From a virus: a DNA stretch of 64,000 nucleotides. Position numbers and translations under genes: made by a program. The notes below the pieces were generated by a model. That model did no database searches. It was not told the origin of the DNA and worked only from the letters and a program-made list of their open reading frames with translations. The stretch covers positions 50,010-114,009 of the IMG/VR virus record IMGVR_UViG_3300030117_007876; one strand, written 5' to 3'. Below are positions 28,109-38,093 of this stretch, piece by piece. Position 1 is the stretch's first letter. Every line of letters starts with the position of its first letter.

Positions 28109-28368
28109 ACAAAACAGCCGAAAATATAAAAGAAGAACTTTCTTATATAAATGAACAAGCCTTATTTGCTGATGGTTTTGACGATGCTTTAATTGGGGTT
28201 GACATGGTTCATTATACAGCCGTTTATGATGTTGATAAATGCGTAGATGTTCTTATGAAAGAAAGCGGCATGACTTTCGAAGAAGCGCAAGAATATTTTG
28301 AATTTAATACCCTCAATGCCTACGTAGGCGAATACACACCTAAATACATTAAAATATATAATAAATAA
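28087..28368 (+). CDS. Conserved phage hypothetical protein
   Basis: ADGFDDALIG...AVYD...EEAQEYFEFN...AYVGE.TP. Confidence 0.75.
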   Translation: MEAYKEINKTAENIKEELSYINEQALFADGFDDALIGVDMVHYTAVYDVDKCVDVLMKESGMTFEEAQEYFEFNTLNAYVGEYTPKYIKIYNK

Positions 28369-28370
28369 TT

Positions 28371-28553
28371 ATGTCACTATTAATAGCTCTTGCTTTTAGT
28401 CAAATAGAAATAAATTACGCTTGTAAAGATCAACATATTGATGCTACTTTTAAGTCGTATCAAGAAGCTAAAAACTATGCTGAATATTTTAAACCACATC
28501 ATAATTATGATATTATACCTTTTTTAAACTTCTCTAAAGTAAAAAATGAGTAA
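28371..28553 (+). CDS. Hypothetical protein
   Basis: ORF. Confidence 0.5.
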   Translation: MSLLIALAFSQIEINYACKDQHIDATFKSYQEAKNYAEYFKPHHNYDIIPFLNFSKVKNE

Positions 28554-28908
28554 GAGGCATGTGTACATATTAAAAATGCCAAAAAGTCTTAAGCTTGATT
28601 TCAACACGTTAAATGAATTAATATATGATAATTTTTATATACCCAATTCAAAAGACATATTAATTAGATGGTTGGACTGGGTAGATTTGCACTTTAACAA
28701 AATAGATTACGAAAAGATATATTTCTTTCTTAATAAGTACGAGCGATTACAAATTGTATTGAATGCCATTTCTGGACATATGATTCAAAAAATGAAACCC
28801 TCTTCAAATGGTAAATTCTCCATGGCTACATATGTCGAGTGCGATAATATTAACGAAGTAATATCTAATATAGTACTTGACATGATAGCTAAAGAGGGTT
28901 ACACTTAA
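28546..28908 (+). CDS. Hypothetical protein
   Basis: ORF. Confidence 0.55.
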   Translation: MSKRHVYILKMPKSLKLDFNTLNELIYDNFYIPNSKDILIRWLDWVDLHFNKIDYEKIYFFLNKYERLQIVLNAISGHMIQKMKPSSNGKFSMATYVECDNINEVISNIVLDMIAKEGYT

Positions 28909-29342
28909 TGATAAAATTATCATCTAAACACCTTTTCAATGCTTTGCGCGTATGATTTTACATCTTAGCAATTATGTGTTTGTTAAAAGAAGTATATTAA
29001 TCAAAGGTTTTTGTCTATTTATTGCTATTTGCTATATTAACAATATTTTGTCTTTTTTAGGTCTTATTTCCCCCGTATATTCCTCTTTAATAAGCCATAT
29101 TTGCATCTACAATTCATCAAGACCTTTTACGTATAACATACACCCCGTATGTTACACAAACCCCCTTTAAATACAGTATAAATAACACTTTCAATGATTA
29201 CTTCATATATAGATAATATAATACCTAATAACATAAATACCAAACAAAAAAAAGAACGTTGAAGTAAAAATAAAAAAGAGATTGAAAAGACCACTGCGCC
29301 TTTAATATTTATTCAATACGCATTATTTATTAATTAATTGAT

Positions 29343-29600
29343 ATGAAAAATAGTAAATTAGTAATTTTTATTCATAAGTATGGTATGAATTTTTCTGTTG
29401 CTTTATATGTATTGTTATTAACACATATAGGAATATACGTAAATAAGCTTGATTTTTGGCTATTATTCTTTTGTTTTTGTTTGAACATGTATTTTATATT
29501 TCATAAAGGTATGGTATATATGTTATCTAAACAGTTTGAGAAAGATATGTTAAAAGAGATAGTAAAACAGCAAATAAGAGATCACAAAGAAAAAAAATAA
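29343..29600 (+). CDS. Small membrane protein
   Basis: Two TM helices. Confidence 0.5.
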   Translation: MKNSKLVIFIHKYGMNFSVALYVLLLTHIGIYVNKLDFWLLFFCFCLNMYFIFHKGMVYMLSKQFEKDMLKEIVKQQIRDHKEKK

Positions 29601-29635
29601 AAATAAAATGAACTAAATTGAAAATAGCGGCCATT

Positions 29636-29712
29636 TGGGATATCGCCCCACTTTCACTATATTGTATAACTAGTTGAAAAATATAAAAAAAAATGGGATA
29701 TCGCCCCACTTT
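29636..29712. repeat. Direct repeat TGGGATATCGCCCCACTTT x2
   Basis: Two copies about 58 bp apart in AT-rich noncoding DNA. Confidence 0.8.
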
Positions 29713-29856
29713 TGTAAATATTGAATAAATAATGACTTAATAATTGCTTAATAATATATAATAAAATGCGCGTTTTTGCTGTTTTTTAATTAATATTTTG
29801 TTGTTTTTCAATCATTTTTGTTTATTTTTGTTGTTTTTTGATGTAATATAATATAT

Positions 29857-30210
29857 ATGAGATTTAAGCAGCAAGTATTATTAAAACACGATCATGGAAT
29901 TACAGCTCAATGGATCAGTGAAGATTATAGCCAAATGGCAGTAGCCACATACTTTCGACAAGAAAAAGAAGGTAAAGATGTTAACGGCGAAAATGTTATA
30001 ATTAGAACATGGGTATTAGGTAATTGCAGCGGCCCATGGACTGGCGTCACACCTGATGGTAAAGAACTAACAATTATACCCGGATTCGAAAAAGAAAGAG
30101 ATCAAATATCAGGCGAAGCCACATTAATATTAACATGTATTAACGCTACATTAAATGGTAATAATGCATTAAATAGTATATGGACAGCAACAAAAATTGG
30201 ATTCGAATAA
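29857..30210 (+). CDS. Hypothetical protein
   Basis: ORF with ATGTAA upstream. Confidence 0.7.
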   Translation: MRFKQQVLLKHDHGITAQWISEDYSQMAVATYFRQEKEGKDVNGENVIIRTWVLGNCSGPWTGVTPDGKELTIIPGFEKERDQISGEATLILTCINATLNGNNALNSIWTATKIGFE

Positions 30211-30325
30211 AATAAACACAAATAATGTGCAAATAAATGCTTAATAATACTTGACAAATAATGTAATATATGATAGTATTTTTTCAACGTCAAAAAGTAT
30301 TGGCGTAATAATAAATATATATTAT

Positions 30326-30556
30326 ATGAAAAATAAGTTAGTTAATACATTAAACAGCACAGGAGGCCGTTTCACCACCCTAGTAGTTAATCGTTCTAAG
30401 GGTCAGCAAACATATTGCGCTCGTATTAAATCGGCTACTGAAAAGATGGTAACATTCTTCGATGTTAATAACAAGATGAATCGTCGTGTCGATACAAACC
30501 GTATTGTATTTGCACGTTCTGGAGAGACTCAATATCGAAAGGCTCGCACTAAGTAA
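30326..30556 (+). CDS. Small basic hypothetical protein
   Basis: Start adjusted from 30251; TTGACA promoter upstream, terminator downstream. Confidence 0.65.
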   Translation: MKNKLVNTLNSTGGRFTTLVVNRSKGQQTYCARIKSATEKMVTFFDVNNKMNRRVDTNRIVFARSGETQYRKARTK

Positions 30557-30581
30557 TAATAAATATTCTTAATAAGACACA

Positions 30582-30610
30582 CAACCCACAGGGCAACCTG
30601 TGGGTTTTTT
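30582..30610 (+). terminator. Intrinsic terminator
   Basis: AACCCACAGG-GCAA-CCTGTGGGTT followed by T-tract. Confidence 0.85.
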
Positions 30611-30818
30611 GTTTGATTATAAATAATACGCGGCCAAATAACATACAATATCTATCTATTACATACTAAATAAACACTATTCGATTGTAAATAAAATAAA
30701 GCCAAATAACTAACAAATAAACACGTAATATAAATAACTAAATATAGAACGCTAAATATATGTATGCAAATAAGTAATAATATATATAAAAAAAATCTAA
30801 CTATATAATTTATAATTT

Positions 30819-30935
30819 GTAAGTCGTTGATTATTAAGAACTTACGCTGGGGCCCCTGTTTGCGTAACCTATTTATTATCAACAGGTTACATCTGTGGGG
30901 GCCCCAATGCAAGTCGTTGATTTTCAAGGGTTTAC
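30819..30935. repeat. 45-bp-period palindrome cluster 1 (3 units)
   Basis: 27-bp GTAAGTCGTTGATTATCAACAGGTTAC-like units separated by 18-bp GGGGCCCC linkers. Confidence 0.9.
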
Positions 30936-30964
30936 ATATGAGAGAGTTTTTTGTGTTTGTCAAT

Positions 30965-30989
30965 AAAAAAAGCCCCCTTTCGGGGGCTT
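30965..30989 (-). terminator. Intrinsic terminator of the DUF932 gene
   Basis: AAGCCCCC-TTTC-GGGGGCTT with A-tract on +. Confidence 0.8.
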
Positions 30990-31010
30990 GTGAGTGTATT
31001 TTATGCTTGA

Positions 31011-32075
31011 CTAATTAGCCAAAGCAATTTGATTTTGGGTTTCTAATTCAACCTTGCGTCCAATCTCCTTTAATCCATTGAATCGTTTGGAATTGAATTC
31101 CGGCTTACCCTGTAAATCGTTAGGGGTGTCAAACAATTGATTATAGAAATCTTGCTTTGCACGGTTGCCAGCTCCAAAATGACTTGACTCATTTTGTTTC
31201 ATTCGGAAGTTGTCTTTATCCTTGCCTCCAGATGATTCATGACTGTAAAAATCAGTAACAGCAGAAAAAGCGTCCAGAAGCGTTTCGCCTTTGTTGCCTT
31301 CTCCTGTGGAAAAGAGTTCCGTCAGTCGTTCGATTCTGTTTCTTGATTGGGTTGGGATCACTTTATCTTTATTGCTTTTCATGATCCAACCAGTGAAAGC
31401 TTCGGACACTTCATTACGTTTCACAGGGATTTCAGCAGCAACCTGCATCGCATGTTTAAATTGCTTGGCGACGCCGATGAAAGATTCAATGCCTTTCTCC
31501 ATGTTTTCAATGCCAGCTATCATATTTTTAGAGTGACGGACCTTGAATCGGAAAAGTCCTGACTTGTCCTGCATAGCAGCGTTAAAGCTATTCTGACAAA
31601 CAATGCAAAGAGAGGTATTGACCCCGTAGAGTGAAGAACTCATGTCGATACTGTCCAGAAGACAAAAACGGTTTTTGAATTCACGTTGTCCAACATAGAA
31701 TTGATCCATATCTGTGCCCAAAGCTACGGTGATGTAACGTCGAGCGCGATTTTTAAACGTTCCAACATTTTCAACCTTAGCATCAGTGCCACCAACTGCA
31801 TTCTGCACGATTTCCCAGAATCTCTCATTTGTGAGATGCTGATAACTTTCAGGAATTGGTTTGCCAGTGAATTCTTGAGTGTCAGAACAGGTCAAGCCAT
31901 ACCATTTTGTGCCGTTCATGGAAACATGGTTTTTATCCCAATCGTATAAAGCTTGACGTTTAAACTCATAAGGAAATGCGTCTTCAAACGTAATTTCCTC
32001 AACAGTGTCTTTGCTGACCCAACTGGCGTTGGTGGAGATGTAGTGATCTTTGTTTTTGCTTTTATAGTTAGGCAT
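31011..32075 (-). CDS. DUF932 / phage-plasmid TIGR03299-like protein
   Basis: SY..L.NE, S.D.S, IVCQN, V.HSK, GET..DAF.AVT....H. Confidence 0.75.
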   Translation of the reverse strand: MPNYKSKNKDHYISTNASWVSKDTVEEITFEDAFPYEFKRQALYDWDKNHVSMNGTKWYGLTCSDTQEFTGKPIPESYQHLTNERFWEIVQNAVGGTDAKVENVGTFKNRARRYITVALGTDMDQFYVGQREFKNRFCLLDSIDMSSSLYGVNTSLCIVCQNSFNAAMQDKSGLFRFKVRHSKNMIAGIENMEKGIESFIGVAKQFKHAMQVAAEIPVKRNEVSEAFTGWIMKSNKDKVIPTQSRNRIERLTELFSTGEGNKGETLLDAFSAVTDFYSHESSGGKDKDNFRMKQNESSHFGAGNRAKQDFYNQLFDTPNDLQGKPEFNSKRFNGLKEIGRKVELETQNQIALAN

Positions 32076-32220
32076 ATCTTTTTTTATTTGATGTTCAACT
32101 TGTGATTTAACTTACATAGAAAATATATCATGCTTTAAAACCTGCGCAAACTTTTTTTTCATTTATTTTATTTCAATTAAGTATTGACAAAGCGCGTTTT
32201 TTTTGCTAGAAAATTCTTGC

Positions 32221-32292
32221 GTAAGTCGTTCATTATCAACAGGTTGCGCTTGCGGGGGCCCCAACGTAAGTCCCTGATTTGCAAGGACTTAC
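32221..32292. repeat. 45-bp-period palindrome cluster 2 (2 units)
   Basis: Same unit and linker. Confidence 0.9.
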
Positions 32293-32303
32293 GGTGTCAA
32301 GCT

Positions 32304-33035
32304 TTAATTTAAAACAACAAAACCACTTTCGTCTTTTAAGGCTCTGCCTTTTGCTTTCAAAGCTACAATGCAGTTTTTAGGATCTTTAAAGCGCAAGTCA
32401 TTTTTATCACCGTCAACAACTTTATATTTGCGCCCTTTAAAGTTATAGTGTCCATCTGACAAGACTTTTTTATAGTTTTTAAAAACCATTGCAACATTGC
32501 CACCTTTACGTAAAACAAGATCACAAACAGCATCATTTCTTTCTGACTTAGAAAAAGTTAAATGATAATTTGCTGGCATCTTACCATCAAGAAAGTCAAT
32601 CATTCTCTTAGGGTTTTTTGTGTAATCATAAAATTGAGTTTCTTTTTCAGTTTGAAAGATGTTTTCATTCTCCCATGGAATATCACTTGTTCCATTCAAA
32701 CGGACAACAAATTGAGTTTTATTTTTTATAGCTTTCTTTTTAGCGTTAAAAATCTCACCTTTGAGTTGATTAATCCAAGACGCTTTATCAGCAAAAAAAG
32801 ATATAGTTTTTTTAATTCTAGGATTGCGAACATTATTCATTGATCCGCGTCCCGCAGTAAACAAACAAGAAGCGCGGCACCCTTTAGAGGCGTGTGGACA
32901 TGTGTTCGCCACTCCTGATTCATCGCTTGGTGCGAGATACACAATCCCAGTCATAAAACCTTGAGAAATACCCTTTACGGTTTTAGCGTTTGTGTCGATG
33001 CCCAAGATCTTTTGAGTTTTAGCAATTGCTTTCAT
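32304..33035 (-). CDS. Gene-88-like (GP88) phage protein
   Basis: CP.AS.GC..SCL..AGRG, RLNGTSDI, FYDYTK, YHLTFS, DGD..DLRF.D. Confidence 0.85.
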   Translation of the reverse strand: MKAIAKTQKILGIDTNAKTVKGISQGFMTGIVYLAPSDESGVANTCPHASKGCRASCLFTAGRGSMNNVRNPRIKKTISFFADKASWINQLKGEIFNAKKKAIKNKTQFVVRLNGTSDIPWENENIFQTEKETQFYDYTKNPKRMIDFLDGKMPANYHLTFSKSERNDAVCDLVLRKGGNVAMVFKNYKKVLSDGHYNFKGRKYKVVDGDKNDLRFKDPKNCIVALKAKGRALKDESGFVVLN

Positions 33036-33080
33036 GACTTCATATTATTAAAAAATCAAAACAGTGCAAGAATAAAAATA

Positions 33081-33109
33081 AAAAAAAGCCCCTCACGATG
33101 TGAGGGGTT
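33081..33109 (-). terminator. Intrinsic terminator
   Basis: AGCCCCTCAC..GTGAGGGGTT with A-tract on +. Confidence 0.75.
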
Positions 33110-33225
33110 GATTACAACTATTTTATGCTTCTTTCAAGCAATACCAGCAAAATGCCAGCAATCATAGCAAGTATCAGATACATTTGCTTTCCCTTTCATT
33201 CAGTAGCCACCCCATGTGGCTAAAG

Positions 33226-33954
33226 TCAGTTGTGTTTTAAGGTTAAATCATCGTTTAAATATTCTTGTTTTATTCCTTCTATGCTATCATAACCAATATC
33301 ATCTTCATTATCATAACCGTCAACATAAAAATATCCTTCTACATATTTATGCATTCCGGGTTCATGACCACGACCACCAGATTCTGTGCATTTCCAGACT
33401 GTGTAATCTTCAAGACCTTCAACTTCGACTTGTTCATGTTGTGCAAGATGCCACTCTTCTATGATTTTCTTTATTCCACCAGTTATAGTGTAGATTTCAC
33501 CATAACCTTGTTCCTCTTCCCATTCTACAGTTATAACGTGTTTGGGGAATTTAAGGCTAAGATGATGAATCCAGTTGTAAGGTTCTTCCCATGGAGTTTC
33601 AAAACCAACTTCATCAGAATTACAGTAACTTGTTTGAGCATTCCACTTGCACCCCCAATTCTGAACGCACCAATCATACCAATCACCTACACCATACAAT
33701 TCACGAAATCGCTCCTTGTCTTTTTCAGTCATTGGGATTTGGTGCTGGCCATTACCATATTCCCATTTATTTTCTACAATATCTTTTGCTTGTTCTTGCA
33801 GTGATACTGTTGAACCTGTCCAGTAATCTTTTAGATCAGGTGGGATAGGCATGATAAGCTCGAAGTCCACATCTTTCTCTCCACATTTATCACAAGTGAT
33901 AGCATTAATCACATCTTCATGTGCAGATAGTTTAATATTGACCCAATTTGGCAT
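33226..33954 (-). CDS. YubB/Api92-like (DUF1281) ferredoxin-fold protein
   Basis: MPNW, WYDWCVQNWGCKW, FETPWE.P. Confidence 0.8.
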   Translation of the reverse strand: MPNWVNIKLSAHEDVINAITCDKCGEKDVDFELIMPIPPDLKDYWTGSTVSLQEQAKDIVENKWEYGNGQHQIPMTEKDKERFRELYGVGDWYDWCVQNWGCKWNAQTSYCNSDEVGFETPWEEPYNWIHHLSLKFPKHVITVEWEEEQGYGEIYTITGGIKKIIEEWHLAQHEQVEVEGLEDYTVWKCTESGGRGHEPGMHKYVEGYFYVDGYDNEDDIGYDSIEGIKQEYLNDDLTLKHN

Positions 33955-33962
33955 AACATTTT

Positions 33963-34214
33963 TTATTTAAAAGGTTCATATTGACGAACGATAGAATCTT
34001 GATCGGTGTGGTGATTTTCGACCGTGTATTGTATTCCATGTTTTTGCATGGCACGATGGAAAATAGTCCAATCGCAATCCTCTTCTAGAAAAGCGTATCC
34101 TGCAGCTTTATATGAGAATTCACTAATCTTGTCAACGATATTTAACTTTTCAAGTAATCCCATAGGCACTTGTAGCCACCCATGAGCTGGATCTGTTTTA
34201 GCAATTAATTTCAT
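33963..34214 (-). CDS. Conserved phage/plasmid hypothetical protein
   Basis: DPAHGWLQV...IS.FSY...LEEDCD; start adjusted. Confidence 0.7.
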   Translation of the reverse strand: MKLIAKTDPAHGWLQVPMGLLEKLNIVDKISEFSYKAAGYAFLEEDCDWTIFHRAMQKHGIQYTVENHHTDQDSIVRQYEPFK

Positions 34215-34304
34215 GATATATTTAGTTAGTAAGCAAACAAGCAATAAAACATATTAAAACGCACATAAAAGCACATATCAACCATGTTTTTTCATTTGCA
34301 GCAT

Positions 34305-34634
34305 TCATTTGGATTTGGAGTTGTTATAATTGTAGTCTTTTAATTGTCTTCTGTCAACTTTTTTTCCTTTAGTGTTTACCTTTTGTCGGCAGAAGTATCG
34401 ATATCCCTCAAGCCATTCTTCATGCGAACCAATTTTCTTTTCTTCGCTAATAATGGGGTGACGGAATCCAGAATTACTTGTGGCATAATCATGGACTCTA
34501 TTTTTCTTCCAATACTTTGATGTTCGACTAATATGTCCTTTTTTAATTCTTGCAACTTCGGCAGCTACAAGAGTAGTCCAAGGAACTTTATCTTCATGCT
34601 GTTTACCTGTGGATCTGTAATCAACTTTTTTCAT
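34305..34634 (-). CDS. Hypothetical protein, KVNxxGKKVDR paralog family
   Basis: Shared motif with 18511 and 18872 ORFs. Confidence 0.7.
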   Translation of the reverse strand: MKKVDYRSTGKQHEDKVPWTTLVAAEVARIKKGHISRTSKYWKKNRVHDYATSNSGFRHPIISEEKKIGSHEEWLEGYRYFCRQKVNTKGKKVDRRQLKDYNYNNSKSK

Positions 34635-34638
34635 AATA

Positions 34639-34941
34639 TTAATTCTCACATGTTTCTATTAAATGAATCATTTGATGATTGTCAATAAAGTAAAGATCAT
34701 ATTTATCAACTAATTCCTTAAATGTTATATAAAAATTTTCATTACTTGTAGTTAACCTCCAGAGATTTTCCCCTTCAGATGGAACCTCGACAGTATAAAC
34801 TGTAGCAACAATATGTTTAGCAACAGCAAACAGCGTCCCTGCATTGTCAGGGAGGTTAGCTAAACATGAGTCTAACTCTTGAGCAGTAGAGAATATAATT
34901 TTCTGCCCGTGGCTACAAGAATCGTATATTAATTTTTTCAT
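34639..34941 (-). CDS. Hypothetical protein
   Basis: ORF. Confidence 0.6.
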   Translation of the reverse strand: MKKLIYDSCSHGQKIIFSTAQELDSCLANLPDNAGTLFAVAKHIVATVYTVEVPSEGENLWRLTTSNENFYITFKELVDKYDLYFIDNHQMIHLIETCEN

Positions 34942-35201
34942 ATTAATTTATCTATTTTAAGGTTTTCTATGAAATCTTCCTTATATATGTCTGCCATGTC
35001 TTTACTAGTTCTGCGATTTAATTTATCATTTAAATAATCAAACAAATCAATTAGCTCTTCGACATTGCAAACTTCACCATCTAACCATTCCATGTAGACA
35101 TCTTTTGGTTGCGCCATCAATGCTCGCCACGCAATTTCATCAACCAAATCTTGCTTGTTTAAATCAGCGTATGTAAAAGTTGTGATGTTTTCTTTTTTCA
35201 T
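34938..35201 (-). CDS. Hypothetical protein
   Basis: ORF; start adjusted. Confidence 0.6.
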   Translation of the reverse strand: MKKENITTFTYADLNKQDLVDEIAWRALMAQPKDVYMEWLDGEVCNVEELIDLFDYLNDKLNRRTSKDMADIYKEDFIENLKIDKLI

Positions 35202-35202
35202 A

Positions 35203-35397
35203 TTATTGTGGGCAGAGTTCACGGAAGATACTTTTCATTTCTTCTGAGGATATTTCGTCTGTCTGTTTTTTAGTTTTGGTGGCGACTCTGTTCTTTACTT
35301 GCAACCGTTGAAGTGGTAGTTCGGTTGATGTGATTTCTGACACGATACCTTTTTTAATGCATCGCTTAACAAGAGCTTTATATTTATCTTTTGTCAT
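35203..35397 (-). CDS. Hypothetical protein
   Basis: ORF. Confidence 0.55.
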   Translation of the reverse strand: MTKDKYKALVKRCIKKGIVSEITSTELPLQRLQVKNRVATKTKKQTDEISSEEMKSIFRELCPQ

Positions 35398-35402
35398 AAT
35401 TT

Positions 35403-35786
35403 TTATTCAGCTAACCATTTAGCCTTGATTTTATTTTTATCATACATTTTGACAAACTTATTGATTTCATCAGCGAGATCGTCATGCCATACATCTTTAT
35501 ATGCTCTTGCTAAAAGGTCAAGAGCTTTTTCAAATCTTAGTTCGGTAGGTTTTTTAAATTTATTACGGAACATCACTACTTCATCAATAGCACGTTGATC
35601 CCAATCTCCATTAAAGTATCTAGCTTGATAGCGTATCAACTTTGCGACTTGTTCGATTGTGCATTCGATTGGTTGGAATCCTTTTATTGCGTATCCATCA
35701 AAAGCAGATATTGACAAATGATCTAGATCTGCATCTGATTTAGCAATGCGAATAGCCTCGTTCATATCGTGAATGTTCATAAGCAA
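35403..35786 (-). CDS. Hypothetical protein
   Basis: ORF with TTGACT promoter. Confidence 0.65.
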   Translation of the reverse strand: MLMNIHDMNEAIRIAKSDADLDHLSISAFDGYAIKGFQPIECTIEQVAKLIRYQARYFNGDWDQRAIDEVVMFRNKFKKPTELRFEKALDLLARAYKDVWHDDLADEINKFVKMYDKNKIKAKWLAE

Positions 35787-35828
35787 TATTTAATAAGAAA
35801 ATAAGGTAAGAGTCAATAGAATTTTAAT

Positions 35829-36239
35829 TTAACTTTTTGCGTAATGACGCGCTGATCGACCGTCTTCAGTCTCTAACTCTTTTCTGATGTAAGTAAGTTT
35901 TTTTTCGAGATCTTGGCTGTTTTTAGCAATGCGAATCGCGAGTCTTAGTGCGGTGGAGTGTGAATAGCGTCTATATTTACCCTCTTTTTCGCAAGCGTCT
36001 TCGGAGATCATTTGTCTTATTTCTTCAAGCATGTCGAACTCTTTACTAGTTATTGAAAAAGCTTTACTCCAAGTTTCACAACATTCATTCTTTGAGTATA
36101 AAATTTTTTTAGATTTATTTTTTTGAGCAGATCTTTTAGTTTTTCTTTTTTTAAGCGTTGGAGTTTTAATTTTTGTAGAGTTAGCTTTTTTGGTGAGCTG
36201 AATCCATTCGCCTAGTGTTTTATTTTTTGTAGCGTCCAT
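35829..36239 (-). CDS. Putative ribbon-helix-helix DNA-binding protein
   Basis: AFSIT.KEF..LEE....S.S..LR.AIR. Confidence 0.5.
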   Translation of the reverse strand: MDATKNKTLGEWIQLTKKANSTKIKTPTLKKRKTKRSAQKNKSKKILYSKNECCETWSKAFSITSKEFDMLEEIRQMISEDACEKEGKYRRYSHSTALRLAIRIAKNSQDLEKKLTYIRKELETEDGRSARHYAKS

Positions 36240-36335
36240 ACAATTAAAATAATTCAATAAATAATGAATGTCAAATAATAAATAATCAAATAGTAATAAA
36301 AATTAAGTATAAAAAATACACTATAATTTATATTC

Positions 36336-36452
36336 GTAAGTGCTTGATAATCAACAGGTTGCGCTGGGGCCCCCTTCTGCGTAAGCTGTTTATATTCAAT
36401 AGGTTATAAAAGGAGGGGCCCCGGCACAAGTCTTTGATTGCGTTGAGGTTAT
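36336..36452. repeat. 45-bp-period palindrome cluster 3 (3 units)
   Basis: Same unit and linker. Confidence 0.9.
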
Positions 36453-36462
36453 GAATTATAAT

Positions 36463-37131
36463 TTATATTGTTGTGGGGTTAGGGCTATTTCCCCCAAGCC
36501 TTTTTTTAATCGGGGTTTGGTTACCTAGGTTAGGCCCACCTGAAAAATGTTGGTGCTCAATGCAAGATGAGCCTCTGCCGACAATATTTCTGGTGCTCAT
36601 GTCGTTTCTTGAATAGTCTTTTTTCTTTTGTGTATGTGCTAGCGCTACAGCTTCTGATTTGCTACGAAGTGGAATACCCAGAATTTTTAAATTTCTCGAT
36701 ATTGTCATTCTGCCAACTCCCATTATTTCTCCAATTTTAGAGCAGGACATTTTTTGATTAACGTACATGTCTTCTAATTTTACGATATCTAGCTCTATTG
36801 GCTTAGCTTTTGCACTAGTCCGCGTTATTACTCCGAGTTGTTTTAGTTTACGAAGCACGGTCATCCTGCAGACGTTTAGTTTTTTACTTATCTTTATTGT
36901 ACTAATTTTTTGATTAACATACATGTCAACCATTTTTTCGATATCTACTTGTTTTTCTATAACTTCTCTGCTTGCTTGCGTGAATGATTTTATAGTAATA
37001 TTTTTTTCTTTAAGCAGGTTACTAATTGTATCAGGGCGAATCTTAAAGATTTTCCCTATTTTTCTAAGCGATATGCCTTGATTAACATACATGTCAACAA
37101 CGAGTTCGGTGTCTATATCTAACCTTTCCAT
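36463..37131 (-). CDS. Triple HTH-repeat DNA-binding protein
   Basis: Three D(I/T)...VDMYVNQ..S..KI... repeats. Confidence 0.75.
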   Translation of the reverse strand: MERLDIDTELVVDMYVNQGISLRKIGKIFKIRPDTISNLLKEKNITIKSFTQASREVIEKQVDIEKMVDMYVNQKISTIKISKKLNVCRMTVLRKLKQLGVITRTSAKAKPIELDIVKLEDMYVNQKMSCSKIGEIMGVGRMTISRNLKILGIPLRSKSEAVALAHTQKKKDYSRNDMSTRNIVGRGSSCIEHQHFSGGPNLGNQTPIKKRLGGNSPNPTTI

Positions 37132-37194
37132 GGTTTAAAGATACTGTATTTTTTAATCTGACGCAAGAAAAAAAACAGTTATTTTTTTTACCGC

Positions 37195-37266
37195 GCAACC
37201 TATTGCGATTCAATAAGTTGCAAAAGGAGGGGCCCCAACGTAAGTCGTTGACTACGAGGGGTTTAC
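37195..37266. repeat. 45-bp-period palindrome cluster 4 (2 units)
   Basis: Same unit and linker. Confidence 0.88.
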
Positions 37267-37290
37267 AGATTATATAATTATATAATTAAT

Positions 37291-37365
37291 TGGTGGGCTG
37301 GGTGAGACTCGAACTCACAACCAACGGCTTAAAAGGCCGCTGCTCTACCATTGAGCTACCAGCCC
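37291..37365 (-). tRNA. tRNA-Lys(TTT)
   Basis: Reverse-complement cloverleaf GGGCTGG...CCCACCA. Confidence 0.95.
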
Positions 37366-37373
37366 CAGAGGGA

Positions 37374-37574
37374 TTAGTCAACTCTTTTTATTTTACCAAT
37401 GATCCCACCTTTGGTAAAGGAGCGGATGCCATACTGCTGATGCTCTCCGCTATATTTGTAGGCGGTGAAGAAATGGGGCTTGTCAACGATAGGACCAGAG
37501 GTCACATAAGTATTGACAACTCCATCTTGGCGTTTGTAAACGAACGTGTATTTTTCGGTTGGGAATGATTGCAT
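37374..37574 (-). CDS. Hypothetical protein
   Basis: ORF. Confidence 0.6.
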   Translation of the reverse strand: MQSFPTEKYTFVYKRQDGVVNTYVTSGPIVDKPHFFTAYKYSGEHQQYGIRSFTKGGIIGKIKRVD

Positions 37575-37599
37575 ATTATTTTTCGCTTTCTATTTATTA

Positions 37600-37833
37600 T
37601 TATTTATTTAGTTTGATATTAGGGCAGTCGTTATCATGAAGGAATTCACGGACTTCATTGACTGATTCAACTATTTTAGCCAGTTGTTTAGAAAAATATT
37701 CATTGCTGAGATCTGGATATTTGAGCAGACATTCGGCATGAGCTTCTAACCTGCCACTCATTGAGGCGAGATAACCATCCATGGCAAAAAATTCTAGATC
37801 TTCGTAGTGGTAGTTTGCAACGTCTTTATTCAT
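37600..37833 (-). CDS. Hypothetical protein
   Basis: Leaderless, TTGACA-17-TAAATT. Confidence 0.65.
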   Translation of the reverse strand: MNKDVANYHYEDLEFFAMDGYLASMSGRLEAHAECLLKYPDLSNEYFSKQLAKIVESVNEVREFLHDNDCPNIKLNK

Positions 37834-37871
37834 ACAAGTAATTTAGTGCAATTTTTATTCTTTGTCAATTT

Positions 37872-38063
37872 TTATTTTGTCCAATCTTCAGCGCAAGTAA
37901 TCCAAGCTTCAGGATGAATGATTGATTTTTCCATTTGCTTGATTGTTTCAGCTTTATCACTGCTGATTTGTTTTGCATACATATCAAGAGCTTGCATAAC
38001 GAAGACTTGGTTCAGTGGAGATTGCTCCATGTATTCAGTGACTTTTTCAATGTTTGTTTTCAT
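37872..38063 (-). CDS. Hypothetical protein
   Basis: Leaderless, TTGAAT..TAAATT. Confidence 0.65.
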   Translation of the reverse strand: MKTNIEKVTEYMEQSPLNQVFVMQALDMYAKQISSDKAETIKQMEKSIIHPEAWITCAEDWTK

Positions 38064-38093
38064 ATTTAAAATTTACCATATTAAATATTAAAT

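Noticed and set aside
30917-30927. Self-target of array unit 3 (gattttcaa) in the palindrome cluster
   Set aside because: A 9-nt AT-rich match, four bases of which are the conserved TCAA. The partner arm would overlap by 7 nt, and no other unit showed a comparable paired match by eye.
30652-31018. ORFs 30652-30963 and 30827-31018, and the N-terminus of 38094-38417
   Set aside because: Translations of the palindromic repeats (IINDL/WGP) and low-complexity DNA.
37290-37568. 92-aa + strand ORF; likewise 25900-26115 on the - strand
   Set aside because: Antisense to tRNA genes and real CDSs.
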